DNA of 36,884 nucleotides. It comes from Octopus bimaculoides (lineage: Eukaryota). A program made the translations under genes and the position numbers. The notes under the pieces are model-generated. The model was given only the letters and a program-made list of their open reading frames with translations. It did not search any database and was not told where the DNA came from. This document shows, piece after piece, positions 21,438-31,640 of the stretch; positions within the stretch are counted from its first letter, which is position 1, and each line of letters opens with the position of its first letter. The DNA lies in the NCBI RefSeq assembly GCF_001194135.2, contig NC_068981.1, forward strand, positions 132,096,646 through 132,133,529, written 5' to 3'.

Positions 21438-23666
21438 TTACTGAAATGAAAATAATTTTTTCTTACTTTTTGATTTAATAATTTCACATCCATTGTACAG
21501 CAGTAACAGATGGGATGGCTTTTTGTAGGTTTTCTTTGTTCTTGGATCAATTATTATTATAGGTGAAAGATCTTCCTTTTGATAAGATCTCAAGCGTAAA
21601 GCAGGCAACTTGGATGCTAGTTATCCAGTTTAAGGAAAATAGAGTCGTGTCCCTTGTTCAATAAGTACAAAGACACTCACTGTAATTTTATCAAAAATTA
21701 AATGGCACAACTTCATAGCCATTGTGACTAAGTAAATGTTTGAAATGCCAGTATTAATTTACTTGTTTCTTTCTCTATTACAGCAGTTTTATGTCAATTC
21801 TGGCTTATATAGCAAACTTACAACCAATCTAAATGGTTGCATTTGGCATACCAATTCTAATTCTTGCACAAGTCATCGTATTGTCAAGATATTTTATGTT
21901 TCTTTATGCTTTAATTTGATATTTGGATTGATTTAAAGTTAATCTTACAACTGAAAGTTAGTCCTAGACTGACAATTAGAAACGATTTACTTTGTACACA
22001 AATGAGACTTAGTTGCTATAGTTAGTAAATTTGTGACGCACGTAGAAAACTGAACTGAACCATCGAGTGTTAAGTGTTTTGTCTAAGAAGATATTACAAT
22101 ACTGGTTAACAGTATATGAATTGTCCCCTCAGTTAGATGTCTAATATTCTGTAAACTAGATAATCCATGCCTTTGGCTTACATTTTTGTATAGCTTAAAG
22201 GAAGAAGTGCAGTGCTCATGAGCCTTGAAGGACCACTGTAACTAGTGGGAATGAGGGAACCATGAATTGACAGATATGTGTATGGCAGAAATTATGGAAT
22301 TTTATGCATTAAAGAAGTTGGAATACATTCTTCTCCTTCTAACAGGTACAGAATCTCTTAAATAAAATATTAGTGCATCTTTAGGACTGAGCGGATAATT
22401 CTGAACATGTGGCATTAAATTGGAAGAATGAAGTGAAATTCAAAAATTCTATTTGGAATTTACTTGCTTAAAAAGTTCAAAATGATCTTTCTAACATATG
22501 CAGAATATTTTAAGTGCAATATCTGAACATGTTTTGTAGTTGGTAATTTTCGAGACAGAATATCATTAGACAAACATTTGAACTTATTTGGAAAGTTTGG
22601 CGTTACTTTCAAGATATACACATTTTCTTGGATGGATGAGAAGTGCCAAAATTTGAAATTTGACAGATCCACATACTGGAAATTATGTAATTTTACCCAA
22701 TTGAAAAGTTGGATTTTTTTTCTTATTCCAAGAAGTACAGAATGTGTTGGAGCAATTGAGTTGCTAATTTTGAAGAAATTTGATATTACATTGGCAGGAA
22801 TGAAGCAAAATTCTAAAAGGGGAATGGTGATAATTGTGAATTTTCTCCTAGTTGTAAACTATCTATTGTAACAAATGCATAAATCTTTAGAAAAATTTTT
22901 GAGCATGGTTGGGTGCAACAAAATTAGTTATAATCAAGATACTGAGCACTTTGTAAGTTCAAGAAAAATAGTAAAAATTTCGAACATCTGATAGGTTTAT
23001 GTACTATGAAATAGTTGACATCTTTTATTCGAACAGACACTGACTCTTCAAAGTGATACATTACTACATTAAGCAGTACCCACAAATTTCATGCTATTTT
23101 AAAAATTGTAAGATGAGAAACCATAAAATAACAAAATTGCAGTTTTTCTAAAACATTTGATTCTTGAGATATGTAAAAGTTCTTATAGGTAGCATTGAAG
23201 AATCCAGTCTATAATAGAACATCTTTGAAAGCTATTTTCTTTATCTACTATTTTTCACTTTACATCCAAAGGTAAACCATCTTAACTATGGAATGAAATT
23301 AAAACATTATCACTATCAATACTACCACCACTAACACTAGTACAACCACCTTCACTACTCCCATCTTGAATATTCTTGTTATTCTGCTGCTGTATAACTA
23401 CATTGGTAAAGCTTTGACAAATCTTAATACACTGTATTACATCCTTATTTTTATATCAGATAAAAAAATGCTCATGTCTAAGTTTGAACTTACAGATCCA
23501 GTGAACACAGATACTACACTAAACCATGGATTCTGACAACAATATATTAATAATATGGGTGTAAACATGGCTATATACCGATATATTATTTGCTTGATAA
23601 TTATGTAGTTCTATGTACTGTTTCTAGACATAACACCCTAAGTCCAGTGTCTTGTGTAAGTATCTA

Positions 23667-24017
23667 TCTTTTACTTGTTTCAGTCATTAGAATGCAGCCA
23701 TGCTGGGGCACCATCTTGAAGGGTTTTAGTTGAATGAATTGTTCCCACTACTTATTTTCCAAGTCTAGTTCTTATTCTATTAGCCTACTTTGCTAAACTG
23801 CCAAGTTATGGGGATGTAAACAAACCAACACCAGCTGTCAAGCAGTGATGGGAAGACATCGATATAAAACACACACACACACACACACACAAGAAGATTC
23901 TTTGAGTTTTCATCTACCAAATGCACTCAAAGCTTTGCTTGATCTAGAGCTGTAGAAGGCACTGGTCCAAGGTGTCATGCAGTGGGACCGAACTCAGAAC
24001 CATGTTGTTGGGAAGCA
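23667..24017 (-). mobile_element. tRNA-head SINE with (CA)n and an alternative 3' module, antisense
   Basis: Same head as the other copies but a different tail: tcttttacttgtttcagtcatt...gcagccatgctggggcacc...gttatggggatgtaaacaaaccaacacc. Confidence 0.8.
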
Positions 24018-24159
24018 TACATATAGCAATTCAATTTGGATATAAACTTTATAGTGTGCTTTACAAATGCTGTCATGCTGTGAGAATGATCATGTCACTG
24101 AATATACATATGGAATTTTGTAAGTATCTGTAGAGTTTATGCAAAAAATGTGAATAATT

Positions 24160-24293
24160 GCCTTTCATCCTTTTGGGGTCGATAAATTAAGTACCAGTTA
24201 CGCACTGGGGTCAATGTAATCGACTTAATCCCTTTGTCTGTTCTTATTTGTCCCCTCTATGTTTAGCCCCTTGTGGGCAATAAAGAAATAAGA
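24160..24293 (+). mobile_element. SINE 3' part, gataaattaagtaccag core family
   Basis: gcctttcatccttttggggtcgataaattaagtaccagttacgcactggggtcaatgtaatcgactt...ccttgtgggcaataaagaaataag. Confidence 0.8.
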
Positions 24294-24633
24294 AAGAAAC
24301 TGAAAGAAGCCTGTTATATGTGTGTTTGTGTGTATATATACAGGTTACTTCACAGTTTTTTCTGTATTTGATTGAGAAACCAGTGGTCTACCGTTGAGTT
24401 AAATGTTTTTAAGAGAGAAATTTTGAAAAGCTGCATTACCTCGCTTTCAGTAAATATGTTGCTTATTTTTGGTAGTTTTTTTTACTTATTTAGTCCCTCG
24501 ATAGCGTGAGGCATTAATATTTAATGCCCTTTATATATAATTATATANNNNNNNNNNNNNNNNNNNNNNNNNNNNNNNNNNNNNNNNNNNNNNNNNNNNN
24601 NNNNNNNNNNNNNNNNNNNNNNNNNNNNNNNNN

Positions 24634-24680
<47 letters not shown>

Positions 24681-24696
24681 ATCCGTGTCTGTACCC

Positions 24697-24780
24697 CACC
24701 ACCGCTTGACAACTGGCATTGGTGCGTTTGTGTCCCCAGCATGGCTGTAGTCTAATGATTGAAACAAATAAAAGTTAAAA
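24697..24780 (+). mobile_element. Deleted SINE 3' fragment (tail type of 23667-24017)
   Basis: caccgcttgacaactggcattggtgcgtttgtgtccccagcatggctgtagtctaatgattgaaacaaataaaag. Confidence 0.7.
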
Positions 24781-24797
24781 AACATCATGTCATTATT

Positions 24798-25012
24798 AGG
24801 GCAGTGAGCTGGCAAGAACTTCACCATGCTGGGCAAAATGCTTAGTGGCATTTCATCTGTCTCTATGTTCTTAGTTTAAATTTCACTGAGGCGGACTTTA
24901 CCTTTCATCATTTCAGAGTCGATGAAATAAATACCAGTTGAGCACTGAGGTTAATGTAGTCAACTTACCCTCTCCTCATGTGCCAAAATTTGAAACCATT
25001 ATTATCCTTATT
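24798..25012 (+). mobile_element. SINE, ggcagtgagctggc-head family
   Basis: ggcagtgagctggcaagaac...aaatgcttagtggcatttc...cctttcatcatttcagagtcgatgaaataaataccagttgagcactgagg, colinear with 36030-36233. Confidence 0.8.
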
Positions 25013-25619
25013 CAAGCAACACTGAAGAATTTCATCTCTTCAGGTGGGGAACATGAAAAGGTGTCTGCTAAATCATACTTATATCTCACTTAATATATAC
25101 TTTCAAAATATATTATTAGCAATTTAATGTCAAAACAAAGAGCAAAAAATAAAAACACCAGAACCATTTTAGTATAAATCACAAATGAAGCATCACCCAT
25201 CAGGTATTTTAGGAAAAAAATATAAGTAAAAAATACATGGATATCTAGTATAATAAACAAAAAAAAAGTAAACAGATAAAACTATCTTTTAACTCTTGAT
25301 GTCTGCAAAGTTTCCTTTTAAGACAATTGCTGACCCCCATCTTCCCATATATTTACATTTACATTTCCTTAAAACCCATGTTCTGGACTAGGACCTATGA
25401 GCTATGTCCAGCAGTTTGTATCTTTATTGTTGTTTTAAGCCATTGAAAATCTAGTAAAAACATATATATATATACTGACGTCTTTGTCCATTCTCAAACA
25501 TAGATTACAGTATTAACAAGCTAATGTATGTGTTTATTGGCATATATGGTTGTATATGCTTACGTATAAACATTTGTAAACAACCATATACCCAGACTTG
25601 TCATACTTTTATATCAATA

Positions 25620-28600
25620 CTAGCTGACATACCTGGTAATTCCCGGAAAAGCAGGGCTTATACCTTGGTTCCGTTCTCATAATTGTTTCGCTAATCCAAT
25701 AACAATACAAAGTATGTAACCCTTAAAACGGTTTTTGTACATTTACAGAGAATACTAAACCATCTTATATAGGATCTTGTTTTTAGGAAATCCCAATAAG
25801 TTATGAATACCCAAATTGTGAAGTCGGTTATGTAATAACATGGAATTAGTTACCCGATAGTAAGGATTCAAATAAAGTAGCCCTGAAAATGGCTTTAATG
25901 CATTCTCAGAGTATATAGAACTTAGGAGGAAATACCAATAAGGTATGTATACCAAAATCGTGAAGCATGTTACCTAATCGGATATGAGATAATAACAATT
26001 CAAAGTAAATAACTCTGAAAAGGGCTTTTGTGTGTTCCCAGAGAATATAACCCTCAGGGGCACTAGTGTTGAAATAGATTTATAATGAATGTAAAATCAG
26101 ACTGACATTTAGTTTTACAGTAGACATACAAATAAATTTGCATATAGATTTTAAAATAAAATAACATGTAGGTTATCAATTCAATTAAAAAATAAATATC
26201 TGATGATTTGGTGAATCTTATAAAGTTTTCAGAGCTTCTTGATAAACAATATTTTTGGTCTTTCCTTGTGGGGCATAAATAAACAAAATGATTAAGATTG
26301 CTGACTCTTGAGCATCCCACAGAAAGTTGGCCATGGGAGAAAACTGTTTCCGCAAGGTTCAGACCGACCACATCCAAGGACTGCCCCTGGGCCTTGTTAA
26401 TGCTCATTGCAAAGCTCAGTTTCAATGGGAATTGCAGGCGCTTGTACTGGAAAGATATATCCAAGGGAACAAGTGGAATTCTAGGAATGAATACAGGCTC
26501 ATCACTTGCTTTAGCAGTCAAAATTGTTGTCTACAAGACTGTTGAAATCATCTTCTTTATTATAAGTTGCGTGCTATTGCAAAGCTTTGGTGGATTGAGG
26601 TTTCAAAGCAGCATAACTAGTGCCCCAGTCTTGAGGTGAGAGGCTGGGTGGTGTTAGACTATTCAAGAATTCAATTGCATAATTCACAGCTTCATCAATA
26701 TTAAGTACAGTGTCAATGGACTTGTATATGTGATGCTCACCTGGCAACTGTTCCAGAAGTTTGATAGTCAAATCATCAACTGCCACATTCTTTGGAGCTA
26801 AAATGGCATGGGTTTTCAGCCAGTTGTGGTCTGTAAACTGATTCCTCAGGTTAGGAAACACCTTATTTATTAGTTCTTTTAAATCAAGATAGCATATGTC
26901 CAAAAGGCAAGCTTTCCCAGCCATCCTTCTCACCAAGTGCCATTACTGACGTCCAACAGTTACTTTGAAAAGGTTCTGTCTGCATCCTCACCACTGAGCT
27001 GCAGTCTCATGTTGGTTGTGAGTCTCAGCTTTTGCACACTGCTCCATAGGTAGGACGACTTTATGCTGGCATTTACCTCATCAGCTCTTGTTCCTTTTGG
27101 CACCACAGGAAGGTTTTGTCTAAAGTCTTCTGCAAGCAAGACTGTGGCATCTCCCATGAGCTTGGTGTTGTGTCTCAGATCCTGAAGGGCCAAGTTAAGA
27201 GCTTCAAAGGAAACCTTATGGCTCATTATTGCTTCATCTCAGATGATCAACCTGCATTCACCCAGAAGTTTGCCTTTTATAGAACCACGACTGATGTTGC
27301 AGTTTGCCTTCTTTTTCTTGAACAGGTCCAAAAGGAGTTTGAAACAGGAATGAGCTGTGCGGCCACCACTTAACAGAGTTGCAGCTATTCAGCTTGACAC
27401 TACTGCTATGGCAATGTGTTTCACTTGGTGCAGTTTAGCCAGAAGAAGGTTGATGATGTCTTTCCAGTTCCACCTGGAGCATCCAAAAAGAAAAAAAACC
27501 TCCTCTTTTATTTTCAATGTTTGAAATAATGGTCTTATAAACACACAGTTGGTCCTCCATCAGTTTGTGTTTGTTATCAGCTATATACACCGTCATTTCC
27601 TTGATGTCATAGCTGATTTCTCACAGGTACTCAATTGTGAGATTGTTTGCTGCCTGCTCTGGTTGAGGCACACCAAATGTGGCAATGCCTTGACCTCCCA
27701 TAACTTGCACTCAGGTGTACAGGTCAAGTAATGCCTCATTGTAAATGGCGTTACTGACCATGTCATCAACATGATAGAAAATAGCTGGCACAGTTGACTT
27801 GGTGCTCTGCTGACTGCTGCTTCCTCCAGTGCCTGGTCCCAGTGAGCATCGCCCTCCAGTAGTCCATGTTTGGCGCAGGCTTCTCTGTAGGTCGTGCAGA
27901 CTTCCCCATTATGTCTTTGAAGGTCTAACAGTGTGCAGTAGTAGATGCAGAAAGAAGCACTCCTGCTGATTAGGGTGTATAGTGTACACCCGCCCGATGG
28001 CCCCACTTCTGATGACAGCAAGTTCTTCCCAGCCCTCAGCGCATGCTCCTTGCTTGTGTCTGTTCCATCTATTGTGTGCCCAGGTATAGTACCTCAACAT
28101 GCAACAGTGTTCAGGCAAACAGATTACATTGCCATAATTTGAAGAAAGCCATCAAAGTGGTTTCTGGTAGATTCAGAACTACGTTTTGAGCATGTCTTCT
28201 GTGAAATATACACGCTGACCATTTTCAAGATGTACAGATAGATTCACCACTATTGGATGCCACTTGTGGATTTCGAAGCCCAGGATGTGTCACTTTGCCT
28301 CATTAGAGGAAATATACCTGCCCAACTTATATTGCTGAATTTCGTCTGCCTGCCTGCCCTCCAGTTCAAGTAAAAAACCCACCATATCTGAATCCCTATT
28401 GATGTATTTACATATGTATTTAATACTTTTTATAGCTGCATGACTCAACATTAACATGGGCCTGCAATGATTTAGACAGCAATGGGTTGTAGGGCATGAT
28501 CCACCTGTTGTCAATTTCCATCCCTTGACCATTAAATTTGAGCTTGGTAGTGTTTCCACCATTTTCTGGTTTTCAGTGCCTGTAGAGTGGGTAACCATCA

Positions 28601-28892
28601 TATCCTGTATGTGTCTTGTGGATAAATTCCGTGGGGAACTATTTGATGCACTTCTTGTGCTTCATGCAGGTTGATCTAAGGAAAATGAATGGGCTATTTC
28701 CCATGGCTGTTAAAAGAAAATATATGGGTTATATATGTGGACCCCTTCAAGGAGCCCTAGCCATCCAATTATAGAGCCTAATAACAAACTGGATGTAACT
28801 TTAACATGTTTGCAAAGTTTCATGAAAATTCATTGACAGGTGTAGACAGCAACTTGACACAAACAAACATCTTGTGTTTATATATGTATAGA
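25620..28892 (-). mobile_element. Helitron (rolling-circle transposon), internally deleted, both termini present, 3273 bp
   Basis: On the minus strand the 5' end is A|TCTATACATATATAAAC (TC at 28892-28891) and the 3' end is CCGGG-AATTA-CCAGG-8nt-CTAG|T (CTAG 25623-25620), so it is inserted in an AT dinucleotide. It encloses Rep/Pif1-helicase remnants in the matching orientation. Confidence 0.88.
26218..28706 (-). pseudogene. Helitron RepHel remnant (C-terminal Rep + Pif1-family SF1B helicase), many stops and frameshifts
   Basis: Motifs in order: GYDGYPLYR, IDNRWIMPYNPLL, HVNVE, SIKYICKY, DEIQQY..GRYISSNEA, IGRVYTIHP, TYREAC, Walker A DAPGGTGKT (~27460-27486), IAATLLSGGRTAHS, II*DE, DFRQNLPVV, AILAPKN, RLQFPLKLSFAMSINKAQGQSL, FSHGQL, GKTKNIVYQEAL* (stop 26220-26218). 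Confidence 0.95.
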
Positions 28893-30277
28893 TTACCTCA
28901 TGTAGAATTAAGAATTAACACAACAGTTTGTATCTGTTGTTTTAAGATTTTAAATAAAGCTAGTAAAATAACTGACACACACATTTACATATATCTCCAC
29001 AGATATATAAGCACATATATGTATCTACTCCTACATATATGATATTAACAAACAAATATGTGTAATTACTGGAGGGTATGTGTGTATATATATATACACA
29101 CAAGCACATCTATGTTTACACACATTCACTCATATTTATGCAACTGCAAATACCTGCACAGACATACAATATTTACATCAATGCTGTTGATGCAGAATTA
29201 ATAATTAATAGAAAATTTCTATAAGGTTAAATAGTAATAGATTGTGTGTAGAGATATACATAATTTTACAAACATTAGATATTCATACTCCTACATCAAT
29301 ACTGATAAAGGAATACATGCACCAGTTGGAAGATTGCACAGCCAAAATTGTAGAATCTGATCATAAACTAACTGTTCTTGGATAGTGGGTTTGATACACC
29401 CAGATTAACACTAGCATCAGGTCATTTTACCATTTCAGTGAAGCTACCTCTTTTGTAAGCCACTTTGTTATATATCCAGTCATTAACAACTTCACTTAGC
29501 GATAAATGCACCTTCAATCATCTATACATTCAGTTATCTGCACATCAGGAACAAAACAATTGGCTAGATACTTGTTGGTAGGGATCCATTCAGTTCATGC
29601 ACACATGGAAAAGCAGATGCAGAAGTGATGATGATATGATATGTGTGTGTATATACTTGTACAAGTATCATTTGTAAAAGTGTTAAATCATCATCATTTT
29701 TACGTCTGCTCTCTATACATGCATAGGTTGGAAGAATTGTCATAATCCAAGTTTGATCTCTTCAGGAACCACTGCCCTCATTGTCTATTTTTATACATTT
29801 TATTGTTGAACTAGCATTAGAAAGGTTGTCAAATCCTTCGCAAATAGGACTGAAGACCTCTCAACCAATCACTAAAGAATGCACTGGCATGAGTGGGATT
29901 GCCTTGTACACAGAAAATATAAAGAATATTCCCTACCCTGCTTTATACAGCATGGAAAAATGGTTGTAAAACAAATGAACAGAAATTTATTTGAGGCATT
30001 ATTTTATATCTTGATGTTCTTCCAGTCGCCAATCCATACCTAATTTCTTAAATGAAGTTTTTCAAAGCACAAAGTAACCGATCATATCAACAATGAATTT
30101 AAACACATTTATTTATATTCTTATAAAATTAATGTGGGATATAGAATATGGAATATATAATATGATATAAATGGTAAAATGAAAAATGGAATGAAGTGTT
30201 GAATGTCTTATTGAATATATGAAATATTGAGTATTAAATATAGAGAATCAAATATATAAAGAAAATCAAATATATAA

Positions 30278-30321
30278 AGGCAATTATGTACTTTCATGCC
30301 TATTGGCATTCATCAGGCCTC
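30278..30321 (-). ncRNA. Type I hammerhead-ribozyme-like motif (copy 1)
   Basis: Minus strand AGGC-CTGATGA-ATGCC(aata)GGCAT-GAAA-gtacataa-T-T-GCCT: intact CUGAUGA and GAAA, 5-bp stem II, 4-bp stem I. Stem III is imperfect. Confidence 0.65.
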
Positions 30322-30595
30322 ATCTGACAGACTGTAACAGACTGGCTGTGTTTTTGTCTTTTATACCTATTCCTTTGGACAGCAGCAGTAGGTGTTTGAC
30401 TATTTTTAGAAATGATNNNNNNNNNNTTATTTATATTCTTATAAAATTAATGTGGGATATAGAATATGGAATATATAATATGATATAAATGGTAAAATGA
30501 AAAATGGAATGAAGTGTTGAATGTCTTATTGAATATATGAAATATTGAGTATTAAATATAGAGAATCAAATATATAAAGAAAATCAAATATATAA

Positions 30596-30639
30596 AGGCA
30601 ATTATGTACTTTCATGCCTATTGGCATTCATCAGGCCTC
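30596..30639 (-). ncRNA. Type I hammerhead-ribozyme-like motif (copy 2, ~170 nt downstream of GIY-YIG stop)
   Basis: Identical to 30278-30321, offset 318 bp, on the same strand as the Penelope ORF. Confidence 0.65.
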
Positions 30640-30806
30640 ATCTGACAGACTGTAACAGACTGGCTGTGTTTTTGTCTTTTATACCTATTCCTTTGGACAG
30701 CAGCAGTAGGTGTTTGACTATTTTTAGAAATGATGACATTTGAGAGATTTTTTTGTGTTTTAGTCATAGGGATAAGATTTTTAAACCCCAAGTAAAATAA
30801 ATTTAA

Positions 30807-31190
30807 TCATTGTTTATTAAGAATGGGTTTGAATTTCCTAATAAAGTCCTTTTCTTTGCATTTTCTCTCAATTTCATTCAGGTTGTAAAGTTTATGGAAT
30901 GGAAATATCATAAAAGTTTCACGACCAGATGTTGCCAGATGGTTACTCAGTGGTATTTGGCGGACTTCTGGGTTTTTAATCTGTTGTCGATGCACACGTG
31001 AGCATTCCGATAGTGCATTACCTGTCTGGTCAACGTACAGTTCTTCACAATTAGGGCATTTGATGCAATAGATTAGATTTCTACTTTTGCAGTTCATGTT
31101 CGCATTGGTGAATATTTTTCCTGTTTTTGTGTTCATATATGGGCGGGTATGAATTGATCGGCATGTACCACATCGGCTATTTATTTTGTA
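30807..31190 (-). pseudogene. Penelope-like element C-terminal GIY-YIG endonuclease fragment
   Basis: SRCGTC (CxxC, in frame upstream of the tracked Met)...MNCKSRNLIYCIKCPNCEELYVDQTGNALSECSRVHR...RKCKEKDFI...PILN. This shows the LIY/YV(G>D) motifs with the PLE-type CxxC between them. The catalytic Arg position appears to be Cys. Confidence 0.88.
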
Positions 31191-31224
31191 TATTTATTTT
31201 TATTCACACATATATATATATATA

Positions 31225-31637
31225 AATGGGCTGTGCGTGAGAAGACCCGGCAAGCCAAGTAAGATCGTTGCCAGTGCCCCTGGACTGGTTCTTGTGCGGG
31301 TGGCACATGAGATGCACCATTTTGAGCGTGGCCGTTGCCAGTACCGCCTGACTGGCTCCTGTAGGATTTTCGAGCGAGATCGTTGCCAGTGCCCCTGGAC
31401 TGGCTTGTGCGGGTGGCACATAAAAGACACCATTTCGAGCGTGGCCGTTTTCGTGCGGGTGACACGTAAAAGCACCCACTACACTCTCTGAGTGGTTGGC
31501 GTTAGGAAGGGCATCCAGCTGTAGAAACTCTGCCAAATCAGACTGGAGCCTGGTGTTGCCATCCGGTTTCACCAGTCCTCAGTCAAATCGTCCAACCCAT
31601 GCTAGCATGGAAAGCGGACGTTAAACGATGATGATGA
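31225..31637 (+). mobile_element. SINE with internal tandem units and (GAT)n tail (apparently young copy)
   Basis: A ~115-bp duplication starts gatcgttgccagtgcccctggactgg at 31263 and 31378. CpG-rich. Tail gtccaacccatgctagcatggaaagcggacgttaaacgatgatgatgat. Confidence 0.9.
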
Positions 31638-31640
31638 TAT

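Larger units (their letters stand above)
30109..30734. repeat. Exact 308-bp direct repeat (30109-30416 and 30427-30734) separated by a 10-N gap
   Basis: The two copies read identical by eye. May be an assembly overlap or a collapsed tandem. Confidence 0.9.
30109..31190 (-). mobile_element. 5'-truncated Penelope-like retroelement (GIY-YIG ORF end + putative 3' pseudo-LTR with hammerhead)
   Basis: GIY-YIG ORF followed on the same strand by a hammerhead-bearing repeat. Boundaries approximate. Confidence 0.7.

Noticed and set aside
22400-23200. Possible DNA-transposon remnant with 70-97-aa ORFs
   Set aside because: No TIR, TSD or protein motif could be established by eye.
26298-28142. Plus-strand ORFs over the Helitron and minus-strand ORFs over the RTE (32862-33645)
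   Set aside because: Antisense shadows of decayed transposon coding sequence.
31181-31572. Overlapping ORFs of 91-122 aa (also 5977-6241)
   Set aside because: They derive from GC-rich SINE tandem units and have no protein motifs.
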